Shown in pieces: positions 18,169-27,168 of a stretch of DNA of 63,296 nt. Both the position numbers and the translations under genes were made by a program. The notes under the pieces are model-generated. The model worked only from the letters and a program-made list of their open reading frames with translations. It searched no databases and was not told where the DNA came from. How positions within the stretch are numbered: the first letter of the stretch is position 1; each line of letters starts with the position of its first letter. Origin of the DNA: Bacteroidia bacterium (GTDB lineage Bacteria; Bacteroidota; Bacteroidia; NS11-12g; UBA9320); NCBI GenBank assembly GCA_047614125.1, contig JBLHHI010000001.1, forward strand, positions 1 to 63,296, given 5' to 3'.

Positions 18169-18176
18169 CAAATGTA
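18169..18176 (-). promoter_or_regulatory. Candidate -7 box (TACATTTG) for the antitoxin-toxin operon
   Basis: The reverse strand reads TACATTTG. The box ends 18 nt upstream of the antitoxin ATG (18150). Confidence 0.35.
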
Positions 18177-18239
18177 CGACTTTTGTCTTGGTTTGAAAAA
18201 TTTTCCAACAAAGATTTTGTTCCAGTCTTGCTTTGAAAA

Positions 18240-20378
18240 TTACAATTCTACCTCCAACTCCTTTAAAACATTATCCGCTTCACTAATGTATTTCATAACA
18301 TAAAGCACGTAACGAATATCCACGCCAATGGAGCGAGAATAGGATTCGTTCCATTCAAAATCATTGATCGTAGCTGAAGTAGCCCGATCAAAGTTAATGC
18401 CCACCAACTCTCCCTTAGAGTTTAATATGGGGCTTCCACTGTTGCCACCGGTTGTGTCGAGGTTGTATAACATTCCAACTACAACTTGCTTTCGAGTAGG
18501 ATGGAGGAGCTTATCGCTTGCCTGTATCGTCTTATATTTCTCAAGCAAGTGATCCGGCATATAGTAATCTCCTTCTGATTCTGCTTTTTGCAAGATGCCA
18601 CTAACCGTGGTATATGGGTCGTTGTAAACCGCATCCATTGGCTGGTAGCCTTTAACGTATCCGTAGGTCAATCGGAGGGTTGCATTGGCATCTGGAATAA
18701 ATTGCCCACCAAAAAATTGTTCTTTAACCTCTGCCAACATTGGCATTAATGCATCCAGCTCATTGTTGATTTCTGACCATTCTTTGCCAATGGCATTGGT
18801 CTCTGCATCCAAAAGCATTGCGCATGCAACTACTGCGTCGTTCGACTTAAAAAACGATTTGGGATTTTTATCAAATAAGTCAATCATTTTCTGACGATTA
18901 GAAAATGCAGACTTAGCCCAGACCTTTTGAATCCGAGCTTCAATCTCGTTCAGGGTTGGGTTCTTAACACCCAACTCATCCATCGTTTTTTGCGCTCTCC
19001 CGCCGCCCGTTTTGTGAATGCGAAACAATAATCTTGAAAAGAATTTAGCATCTAAATCTGTGGTGTAAATTCGGTATCCCGATTTCAACTCCTTTGCCAG
19101 CTTTTCTTGGTAATCCTCCGTAATGACTTGTTTGCTTTTTACAACACGAAGTTTTCCGTTTCCAGCAAACTGGGCAGCGAAAAACACACCTGAACAGCTG
19201 TATAACTGGTTGAGATAAATGTAGTCGTCGGCAATCTTATTTTTGCGGTCGTACAGATCTTCAATGCTCGAAAGTAAGTTGGCATACTTGGTTAAATCTC
19301 TTCCATCGTTTTCAATAAACTCTTTCAACTGACTTTGGTCTGAGTATCGATCTTCAATGATAGACGTGCGCTGCAAGCCCTGCATCTTACCTTTAAAGTT
19401 TTTAGTTGTATTGCTAAGGGAAGCCAATGTGCCCGCGTACCTAAGTTGCTTGGCCTTGTCGTTTGCTGCATCCACTTGAAAAAGTTTAATCCGCTCATCA
19501 AACCAAGAACTTATGGTTGGTAAAATGTGGTTGTTTTGGTACGTTAAAAACTCGGCTGGAGCATGTCGGTACGTTGTACCTGGATATCCCAAAATAAAGA
19601 CAAAATCGTTTTCATTGGTACCTTCAGCTTTTACTTTTAAGTGTTTTTCTGGATGATAAGGTTCGCCGTTTTCATACACGCGGACGATGCTAAAGTCGCC
19701 GTTGTGTCTTGGCCAAACCCAATTATCCGATTCTCCTCCAAACTTCCCAACTGCTTGCGGCGGAACGTATACCAGGCGTACATCTTCTAACAACTTATAT
19801 CGAAACAAGGTGTAATATCTTCCCACAAACATCTCGGATATTTTAATTTCCAAATCGGGGTAAATTCCTTGTTCTGTTTTTTCGATTCGGTCAATGTTGT
19901 CGGCAATCATTTTCTTTCGATCCTTAGGCGAGGTAGCGCCATCAACGCCTTCTAGAACACCTTCGCTTACATCTTCGAAACTCAATGTAATGCGGCATGG
20001 GAGGGTGGTTTTGAGCTCATCTTCTGGAGCCGCGGCATAAAAGCCATTTTCCAAATAATTCTGTTCTGGTGAACTCAAAGAAGCTACCGAACCAAAAACA
20101 CAATGGTGGTTGGTAATAACCAGTCCTTTATCAGAAATAAACGATCCTGTGCATCCACCCAAACGAACCAGGGCATTGGTCAATCCAATTTTGCCAGGTT
20201 CATAAATATCACTTTGAGGAATTTGCAAGCCAGCTTTGGCCAAATCAAGGCTTCCCAATTGAGCTAATGGGTACATCCCTTCTTCTTTATCTTTTGGAAT
20301 AAATGATGCGGAAACAATCAGTATTAAGGAAAGCATGATTAAGGAAACGGAATAATTTAAGATTTTAGTTATGCGCAT
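18240..20378 (-). CDS. S46 family dipeptidyl-peptidase (DPP7/DPP11-like)
   Basis: 712 aa with a signal anchor. It has the catalytic His context VITNHHCV and the Ser context TTGGNSGSPI. Confidence 0.9.
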   Translation of the reverse strand: MRITKILNYSVSLIMLSLILIVSASFIPKDKEEGMYPLAQLGSLDLAKAGLQIPQSDIYEPGKIGLTNALVRLGGCTGSFISDKGLVITNHHCVFGSVASLSSPEQNYLENGFYAAAPEDELKTTLPCRITLSFEDVSEGVLEGVDGATSPKDRKKMIADNIDRIEKTEQGIYPDLEIKISEMFVGRYYTLFRYKLLEDVRLVYVPPQAVGKFGGESDNWVWPRHNGDFSIVRVYENGEPYHPEKHLKVKAEGTNENDFVFILGYPGTTYRHAPAEFLTYQNNHILPTISSWFDERIKLFQVDAANDKAKQLRYAGTLASLSNTTKNFKGKMQGLQRTSIIEDRYSDQSQLKEFIENDGRDLTKYANLLSSIEDLYDRKNKIADDYIYLNQLYSCSGVFFAAQFAGNGKLRVVKSKQVITEDYQEKLAKELKSGYRIYTTDLDAKFFSRLLFRIHKTGGGRAQKTMDELGVKNPTLNEIEARIQKVWAKSAFSNRQKMIDLFDKNPKSFFKSNDAVVACAMLLDAETNAIGKEWSEINNELDALMPMLAEVKEQFFGGQFIPDANATLRLTYGYVKGYQPMDAVYNDPYTTVSGILQKAESEGDYYMPDHLLEKYKTIQASDKLLHPTRKQVVVGMLYNLDTTGGNSGSPILNSKGELVGINFDRATSATINDFEWNESYSRSIGVDIRYVLYVMKYISEADNVLKELEVEL

Positions 20379-20415
20379 TTGTTCTTTGTGATTGTAAATT
20401 GAAAAAGGAAATTAC

Positions 20416-21147
20416 TTATTCGAAATAGGAAGCATTAATAAAGGCGTTAAGCTCGGGGTTTTTAGCAGTTCTAACATCCTTCCTTGGTCCTTCCCACCAC
20501 TTTTCGCCTTCGTTAATAAAAATAATATGATCGCCAATGTCGAAAACTGTTTTCATATCATGAGTATTTATGATGGTGGTTATTTGGAATTCCTGTGTGA
20601 TCTCTTTCAACAGCTCATCAATTACACGGGATGTTACTGGATCAAGACCCGAATTTGGCTCGTCGCAAAACAAATACTTAATATCTAGGGCAATGGCTCG
20701 AGCAATACCAACTCGTTTTTTCATTCCACCACTAATTTCTGCCGAATATTTATTATTAACTCCCTCTAAATGTACCTGTTCCAAACAAAAGTTGACTCGA
20801 TCAAGGCGCTCTTCCTTAGTCATTGTCGTAAACATCTTTAGCGGAAATTCAATGTTTTCTTCAACGGTCGCAGAATCAAAAAGCGCCGTTCCTTGAAACA
20901 GCATTCCTATGTCTCGACGAACATCGCGAACGGCCTTATCATCAAGTTGATGAAAATTCGCCTCGTCATACAAAACCTGACCAGCAGTGGGCTTTAGCAA
21001 GCCTACCATACACTTCATCAGTACACTTTTACCACTCCCACTAGCGCCAATAATTAAATTGGTTTTACCCGGTTGAAAGGTGGTTGAAACGTGCTTCAAA
21101 ACCTCTTTATCTTCAAACGACTTGCTTACGTTTACCAGTTCAATCAT
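20416..21147 (-). CDS. ABC transporter ATP-binding protein, MlaF-like
   Basis: 243 aa. It has Walker A GASGSGKS, signature ISGGMKKR and Walker B LFCDEP. It is adjacent to an MlaE-like permease. Confidence 0.85.
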   Translation of the reverse strand: MIELVNVSKSFEDKEVLKHVSTTFQPGKTNLIIGASGSGKSVLMKCMVGLLKPTAGQVLYDEANFHQLDDKAVRDVRRDIGMLFQGTALFDSATVEENIEFPLKMFTTMTKEERLDRVNFCLEQVHLEGVNNKYSAEISGGMKKRVGIARAIALDIKYLFCDEPNSGLDPVTSRVIDELLKEITQEFQITTIINTHDMKTVFDIGDHIIFINEGEKWWEGPRKDVRTAKNPELNAFINASYFE

Positions 21148-21156
21148 TGTGTTGTC

Positions 21157-21894
21157 TTACAGAAGTAATTGGGTGAGTATGTAATCCGAAAATAAAATAA
21201 GCACCGCGCTGTACACTACTGCCTTGGTACTGCTGGCACCTACCTCTAAGGCACCTCCGCTGGTGTAGTAGCCCTGATAACAAGAAACCGAAGTTATGAT
21301 GAAGGCATAGGTGAAGGCTTTTATTAAAGAGAAAATGAGATTAAACGTTAAAAAACTTTCTCGAGCACCTTGCATATATTCATCGGGCGTTAATATACCG
21401 CTGGCCTGACCTGCAATAATTCCTCCCATATTGCTTAAAAAAATAGAGATGATGATGAGTGCCGGTATCATTACCAAGCCAGCAATAATCTTGGGCAGAG
21501 CAATAAATCCGGCCGAGTTAATGCCCATAATATCTAAGGCGTCTATTTGCTCACCAACCCGCATTGTTCCTATTTCGGAGGCAATGTGCGATCCTACATT
21601 ACCGGCCAAAACCAAGCAAGTAATAGTTGGAGCCAGTTCGAGCATTGACGAATCACTCACAATTGAGCCAATTACTGGATTTGCTACCAGCGGACTTACC
21701 AATTGATACGCGATTTGCAGCGTTGTTACAGCACCTTGAAAAAAGGCGATAATGGCTACAATGGCCAACGACCCAATACCTATGTTTTTCATCTCGAGCA
21801 TGGTACGCTCCCAATAAACATGAAATTTCTCGGGACGAGAAAACATACTTTGCAGAAACAGGCAATACTTTCCGAAATGATAGAAGATTTGCAT
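21157..21894 (-). CDS. ABC transporter permease, MlaE-like
   Basis: 245 aa, multi-pass. It has the MlaE-type segment MRVGEQIDALDIMGIN. Confidence 0.85.
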   Translation of the reverse strand: MQIFYHFGKYCLFLQSMFSRPEKFHVYWERTMLEMKNIGIGSLAIVAIIAFFQGAVTTLQIAYQLVSPLVANPVIGSIVSDSSMLELAPTITCLVLAGNVGSHIASEIGTMRVGEQIDALDIMGINSAGFIALPKIIAGLVMIPALIIISIFLSNMGGIIAGQASGILTPDEYMQGARESFLTFNLIFSLIKAFTYAFIITSVSCYQGYYTSGGALEVGASSTKAVVYSAVLILFSDYILTQLLL

Positions 21895-21951
21895 TTTTTA
21901 CTTTAAGGCGGTAAATATATTGGTTTAACCGGTGTGTTGCCAAGAATCTCT

Positions 21952-21959
21952 TAGATTTG
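21952..21959 (+). promoter_or_regulatory. Candidate -7 box (TAGATTTG) for the SDR gene
   Basis: It matches TAnnTTTG and ends 25 nt upstream of the ATG at 21985. Confidence 0.3.
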
Positions 21960-21984
21960 CTCATTAATGTGGAAAGAAAAATAA

Positions 21985-22704
21985 ATGCAGCCAAAGAATA
22001 AAAAACCTTGCGTACTTATAAGTGGAGGAACCAAGGGTATTGGATTAGCCTTAGTTCGAAAATTTGTTGCACATGGTTTTGTAGTTGCTACTTGTGGTAG
22101 GAGCGAGGACGCAATTGATTACTTGCGAAAGGAATTGAACGAGACATCTCCACAAAGCTTGGTGCTGGCATGCGATGTTAGAAACAAAGCGGCCTTAATG
22201 CACTTTTACAAGCAAGTATTCGAGCATTTTGGTAGACTCGATGTTTTGATCAACAATGCAGGTGTTTTTATTCCAGGTTCCTTGCACGAAGAAGAAGACG
22301 GGGTATTTGAAGTAATGATGGAAACCAACCTCAATGCCACCTATCATTTGAGCAGATTAGCGATTCCGGCAATCAAAAAGGCCCCAAAGCCACATATTTT
22401 TAATATTTGCTCAACGGCCAGTATAACACCGTATTTAAATGGTGGATCATATTGCATTTCTAAGTATGCTCAATATGGCCTTACGAAGGTATTGCGCGAA
22501 GAACTTAAGGAGTTTAACGTGCGGGTTACAGCCATCTTGCCGGGAGCCACGCTAACGGCGTCATGGGCTGGCACCGATTTACCCACGGATCGCTTCATTG
22601 ATCCAAACAGCATTGCTGATTTAATTTGGACAGCCTACAATCTACCAGCTTCGGTGGTTGTTGAAGACCTATTGGTCAGGCCAATGCAAGGAGATATCGA
22701 ATAA
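21985..22704 (+). CDS. SDR family oxidoreductase
   Basis: 239 aa. It has the motifs GGTKGIG, NNAG and YCISK (YxxxK). Confidence 0.9.
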   Translation: MQPKNKKPCVLISGGTKGIGLALVRKFVAHGFVVATCGRSEDAIDYLRKELNETSPQSLVLACDVRNKAALMHFYKQVFEHFGRLDVLINNAGVFIPGSLHEEEDGVFEVMMETNLNATYHLSRLAIPAIKKAPKPHIFNICSTASITPYLNGGSYCISKYAQYGLTKVLREELKEFNVRVTAILPGATLTASWAGTDLPTDRFIDPNSIADLIWTAYNLPASVVVEDLLVRPMQGDIE

Positions 22705-22766
22705 GGGAAGTGTTACTTGACACTGACAAATGTTTTTATTTATGGATTTAATTTCGTTGTAAATTA

Positions 22767-22774
22767 TATTTTTG
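22767..22774 (+). promoter_or_regulatory. Candidate -7 box (TATTTTTG)
   Basis: It matches TAnnTTTG and ends 21 nt upstream of the ATG at 22796. Confidence 0.3.
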
Positions 22775-22795
22775 CGGTAATCTTAAAAAAGAATA

Positions 22796-24139
22796 ATGAA
22801 AAGAAGTAGTTACTATGTTTTAACCCTTGGGTTAGTATGTGCTTTTGTTGGCAGCACTTTCGCTCAACAAACTTTAAAAATGGATGATCACTCTCATCCC
22901 GTTAAATACAGCGAAGCTAAAGGGCCTTACGGCGGAACCTTGGGCAAGAAGGCAAACGTAAACGAATGGTTTAGCCCACGTCAGTTAATGTCTGATTATG
23001 GAGCTACTTTTTCTGGACCGGGATTTTTTCCATTGTTCCAAGATTCATCGGTTTTCTACGTACCAAGCGCAACCGCACAAAATCAAAATCCTTTTAGCAA
23101 CGGATTTAACTTGTACGGTACTGTTTTTCAACCGTCTGACGAGTTGTACTCCTTGCAAACTTCTGATGGAGCGTCATTTGATCGATTTGATCGACCCATT
23201 TGTGATTCCATCTATTTTCCATACTCTTACATCCGTCAAGTAGATCAAATCGATGTTAGCGGAGAGATGATTGATGTTGTAGACACCATTTACGTTCATT
23301 ACTACGAGAACAAAAACTTAACTACGACTTGGCAGTTTAACAACTCTGAAGAAACTTTTTCAATGCCTATCACCGGCAACTTCAGCGTTAAAAGACTTGG
23401 ACCTTCCGATGTTACACACATCGATACTGTATTGTTGATGAAGGCTGCAGCTACAGACTCCACCTTGGAGGAAAGCATTAATCTAGGAGGTATTGCCTTG
23501 GCCGTTCCATCTACTGTTAACAAAATATTATCTAACAGTGCCTTAAACGATGCCAATGTGATAGGGTTCTCCATTGTTTACAAAACAATGGTTCCTTACT
23601 CATTTGGCGACACGATTTTGAGCTACAACGACAACGTAGTTCCATCCAAAAAATTGAACGCCTTTGGTACCGCATCGTATACAAACTCGGGTGCTCGGGT
23701 TATCCAAACAGATTACAACAACAACTCATTTGCTACCAACCGTCAAGTTCGTTACGGACAAAAAGATTTGGATCCATTAGTGGGCTACCTTCCAACACTA
23801 CAATCCGTTGGTTGGGGATCTGATTTCTACTTTGATGGAGCTTTTCATTTAGTTGGAGATAACTCTGTAGGAGACGTTCAAAATGAGTTGGGCGTTAAGG
23901 TGTATCCAAACCCAGCTTCAAAAGGAACCAACTTAGTCGTTAAAGCCAACAATGTTAAAGGCGGAACGGTTTCAATTGCCTTAATTGATTTGGTTGGTAA
24001 TACTGTGTACAACAGCGGAAGTATGAACTACCAGGCTGCTTACAACGTTTCTACATCAGCGCTTCTTCCAGGCATTTACTTCGTGAGTGTTTCTGCAAAT
24101 GGAATATCATCTACTCAAAAAGTAGTGATTACCGAATAA
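22796..24139 (+). CDS. Secreted protein of unknown function with a T9SS C-terminal sorting domain
   Basis: 447 aa with a signal peptide ending STFAQ. The C-terminal tail is VKVYPNPASKGT ... LLPGIYFVSVSANGISSTQKVVITE. It is a paralogue of the protein at 50208-51404. Confidence 0.75.
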   Translation: MKRSSYYVLTLGLVCAFVGSTFAQQTLKMDDHSHPVKYSEAKGPYGGTLGKKANVNEWFSPRQLMSDYGATFSGPGFFPLFQDSSVFYVPSATAQNQNPFSNGFNLYGTVFQPSDELYSLQTSDGASFDRFDRPICDSIYFPYSYIRQVDQIDVSGEMIDVVDTIYVHYYENKNLTTTWQFNNSEETFSMPITGNFSVKRLGPSDVTHIDTVLLMKAAATDSTLEESINLGGIALAVPSTVNKILSNSALNDANVIGFSIVYKTMVPYSFGDTILSYNDNVVPSKKLNAFGTASYTNSGARVIQTDYNNNSFATNRQVRYGQKDLDPLVGYLPTLQSVGWGSDFYFDGAFHLVGDNSVGDVQNELGVKVYPNPASKGTNLVVKANNVKGGTVSIALIDLVGNTVYNSGSMNYQAAYNVSTSALLPGIYFVSVSANGISSTQKVVITE

Positions 24140-24162
24140 GATTTATATCCAAACATCAAAAA

Positions 24163-24190
24163 GGTCCTGCAATGCAGGACCTTTTTTTTT
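24163..24190. terminator. Bidirectional rho-independent terminator
   Basis: GGTCCTGC-AAT-GCAGGACC is an 8-bp GC-rich stem. It is flanked by an A-run upstream and a T9 run downstream, between convergent genes. Confidence 0.75.
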
Positions 24191-24207
24191 GCGATTAATT
24201 TTCACCC

Positions 24208-24393
24208 TTAAGCCTTATTTTTTCGAATAATACATTTTTTACGCTGGTCCGCAGAAATCAAGCATAAACCATAAACTCGTTTATCATTGGTTAGCCAACA
24301 TCCACTTGTTCCTCGAGCTGAAGCACGAGGAAATTCATACCTGTCAGGTTTATTTAGGATTGCATCATTCATCAACCATTTACCTTTACCCAT
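24208..24393 (-). CDS. Small hypothetical protein (61 aa), possibly translationally coupled to mnmD
   Basis: Its ATG overlaps the mnmD stop by 1 nt (TAATG). The ORF ends 18 nt before the terminator hairpin. No recognisable motif was seen, so coding status is unproven. Confidence 0.35.
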   Translation of the reverse strand: MGKGKWLMNDAILNKPDRYEFPRASARGTSGCWLTNDKRVYGLCLISADQRKKCIIRKNKA

Positions 24394-25097
24394 TAACCAT
24401 TCTTCCTTGCCACAGTAATCTCCCGTTTCCCCATAGGGCCAAACGGATTCTCCACCTCAAAGCCAACCTGTTTTAAGTTGCGTTTAAACTGGCCTTGCGC
24501 GCAATAGGTTACCAAGAGGCCATTTGATTCCAAAAGATTGAACACCTTTTCAATATTGGGCAATACCCAAGGCGATGGCTGCTTTCCAGGGGCAAAAGCA
24601 TCAAAGTAAATTAAATCGAATCGCGAATCTGTTTCAAAATCTTCCAACTTCATCAAATATTTAGTAAGCTTAAAAGTTGAACTGAGTTCAATAATCTTTT
24701 CAAATTCGGAAGAATGAATCAGGTTATTTATTGGGTTTCGAACCTTAAGTACTTCATCAAAATTGAGTAAATCGTATTCTTCCTTAATCAAAGGATAGGG
24801 TTCAAGTGTATGGAAATCAACGGTTTGGTTAGATTCTTGAGCCCTTTGTAAGGTTAAAATAATGTTTAGGCCTGTGCCCATTCCAACTTCCAAAATTTTA
24901 ATAGGGTGTACAATGGATTGAAAAAAATCAAAGCCGTGCTTGATATAAATAAATTGAGATTCGGTTACAGCCCCCTTGTGACTGTGGTAGGCCTCATCCA
25001 TTTCAGGGATGTACAACGAGGAGCTTCCGTCGAAGGTTGTAATCACTTTTCGAGGTAAATAATCGGTATTCCCAGAATCTTTCACTTTATCCAACAT
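24393..25097 (-). CDS. mnmD: tRNA (mnm5s2U34) methyltransferase, MnmD/MnmC-methyltransferase-domain type
   Basis: 234 aa. It has the SAM motif ILEVGMGTGLN and FDLIYFDAFAPGKQPSPW, typical of the MnmC methyltransferase domain. Confidence 0.75.
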   Translation of the reverse strand: MLDKVKDSGNTDYLPRKVITTFDGSSSLYIPEMDEAYHSHKGAVTESQFIYIKHGFDFFQSIVHPIKILEVGMGTGLNIILTLQRAQESNQTVDFHTLEPYPLIKEEYDLLNFDEVLKVRNPINNLIHSSEFEKIIELSSTFKLTKYLMKLEDFETDSRFDLIYFDAFAPGKQPSPWVLPNIEKVFNLLESNGLLVTYCAQGQFKRNLKQVGFEVENPFGPMGKREITVARKNG

Positions 25098-25127
25098 AAA
25101 ATATTTTCTTTGCGCACACTTTCAGAC

Positions 25128-25850
25128 ATGACAAATAAAAAGGTTTCCATCGTAATTCCGGCCTACAATGAAGGCAAAACCATCCACCTTATTCTTGATA
25201 AGGTAAAAGGAGTACAGCTCATCAACGATTTAGAAAAAGAAATAATCATCGTTAACGATTGCTCAAATGATAATACGACCGAAGCAGTGAATCGCTATAT
25301 AGATGAAAACAAAGACCTAAACATTCGATTGTTAGAACATACCGTTAACAGTGGGAAAGGAGCAGCCTTGCATACTGGAATAGCAGGTGCCACAGGCAAA
25401 TACGTCCTCATTCAAGATGCTGATTTAGAGTACGATCCAATTGAGTATAATGAGCTTTTAATACCCTTAGAAACGAATGAAGCAGATGTGGTTTATGGCT
25501 CGCGTTTTATAGGTGGGAAGCCGCATCGAATTCTTTTTTTCTGGCATACCATTGGCAATAAAATGCTCACCACCTTAAGCAATGTATTCACCAATTTGAA
25601 TCTTACCGATATGGAAACTTGTTACAAGGTTTTCCGTACCGAGATGATTCAATCACTGCACCTCAAAGAAAAGAGATTTGGCTTTGAACCAGAAGTAACC
25701 GCTAAAATATCCAGAATCCCAAAAATTCGCATCTACGAGATCGGCATCGCGTATTATGGAAGAACCTACGAGGACGGAAAGAAAATAGGCTGGAAGGATG
25801 GTTTTAGAGCGTTGTGGTGCATTTTTAAATACAATGTCTTAAGCAAGTAA
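25128..25850 (+). CDS. Family 2 glycosyltransferase (polyprenyl-phosphate sugar synthase-like)
   Basis: I prefer the ATG at 25128 (MTNKKVSIVIPAYNEG). It has the motifs NDCSNDNT, QDADLEYDP and GSRF. Confidence 0.85.
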   Translation: MTNKKVSIVIPAYNEGKTIHLILDKVKGVQLINDLEKEIIIVNDCSNDNTTEAVNRYIDENKDLNIRLLEHTVNSGKGAALHTGIAGATGKYVLIQDADLEYDPIEYNELLIPLETNEADVVYGSRFIGGKPHRILFFWHTIGNKMLTTLSNVFTNLNLTDMETCYKVFRTEMIQSLHLKEKRFGFEPEVTAKISRIPKIRIYEIGIAYYGRTYEDGKKIGWKDGFRALWCIFKYNVLSK

Positions 25851-25858
25851 ACACAAAA

Positions 25859-27148
25859 ATGCGACCGATTCTCATATCCATTGTTCTTTGCATGGGTGCA
25901 GTAATTTGGTCGGCCAACAACATTGCGTGGAGTGGCGAGCATCATGCGGGTATCATCAAAGCCGATGGTCGTGGATATTATGCGCATCTACCAGCAACCT
26001 TTATTTACAACGATCTCAACTTCCAATTTTTTGACAGCCTCGATGGCAAAAAAGGAAAATACTATAACCAAAACTACTTTTACGATTACCGACAAGAGTA
26101 CAAGGGAACACACATAAACAAGTACTATTCAGGCACTTCTGTTGCCATGCTTCCATTTTTTGCTCTCGCGCATTGGTATACTAAACACAAAGGCGGAGAC
26201 GCAGATGGCTATTCTAAATACTACCAAATTGCCATTAGTTGGGCAGCCATCATTTACATGCTGCTCTCGTTGATTTTGATGGCTAAAACATTGAAACTCT
26301 ATCGGATATCCGATCAATCAATTGCCTTTGGCTTGGTATTGGTAGTGTTCGCCACCAATTGGTACCATTACGTTGTTTCGGAGCCAGCCATGTCGCACGT
26401 GTATTCCATCTTCTTCATAACTTGGTTTGTTTATTTAATTGCACGCTGGAACACAAAAGGTAAGGTCTCATTGCCACTGGTTGCCGCAATTCTGGCAGTC
26501 ATCATTCTCCTCCGACCACTCAATGGCATCGTGCTGCTTTTGGTGCCGGGCTTATTTCGAGATTGGACGGGTTTTATAAGCAAATGTAAGCTGCAGCTGC
26601 GCAAGCCTCAAAAATTGATCATAGCGCTTTTCATTGGCGCTGCCATCTTGTCCATTCAATTCATCATTTATTACTTTCAAACAGGCGAACTGTTTATTTA
26701 TGCGTATAAGGAGGAAGGCTTTAACTTTCGCAACCCTCAAATAATCAACATCTTATTCTCATATAAAAAAGGACTCTTCGTATACACACCCATGCTTTTT
26801 ATAGCCCTTTGGGGTTTGTATTCTTGGTTTAAAAAAAATACATGGCAAGCCATTTGGACTTTTTCCTTTTTAGCAGTTCTTACGTATTTCTTGTCGAGTT
26901 GGTGGATGTGGTATTACGGAGGAAGTTTTTCGTCTCGAGTTTATATAGAATATTTTGTGCTTTTTTTAATTCCTTTAGGTTACTTGTTGGATGGAATAAA
27001 AAAAGCTGCAGGGCGACATCTGATTCACGCCCTTCTGATTTTCACCCTCATTTTGAGCCAATTTCAAACCTATCAATACCGTAAGATGGTGATACATTGG
27101 GATGGAATGACAAAAGAAAAGTATTGGGAAAGTTTTACCGAGTTTTAA
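25859..27148 (+). CDS. Polytopic membrane protein, possible GT-C-fold (ArnT/PMT-like) glycosyltransferase
   Basis: 429 aa with about 11 hydrophobic helices. It lies 8 nt downstream of the GT2 gene. The function is inferred from architecture and context only. Confidence 0.55.
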   Translation: MRPILISIVLCMGAVIWSANNIAWSGEHHAGIIKADGRGYYAHLPATFIYNDLNFQFFDSLDGKKGKYYNQNYFYDYRQEYKGTHINKYYSGTSVAMLPFFALAHWYTKHKGGDADGYSKYYQIAISWAAIIYMLLSLILMAKTLKLYRISDQSIAFGLVLVVFATNWYHYVVSEPAMSHVYSIFFITWFVYLIARWNTKGKVSLPLVAAILAVIILLRPLNGIVLLLVPGLFRDWTGFISKCKLQLRKPQKLIIALFIGAAILSIQFIIYYFQTGELFIYAYKEEGFNFRNPQIINILFSYKKGLFVYTPMLFIALWGLYSWFKKNTWQAIWTFSFLAVLTYFLSSWWMWYYGGSFSSRVYIEYFVLFLIPLGYLLDGIKKAAGRHLIHALLIFTLILSQFQTYQYRKMVIHWDGMTKEKYWESFTEF

Positions 27149-27168
27149 CTTGTTTCAATCAAAAAGGT

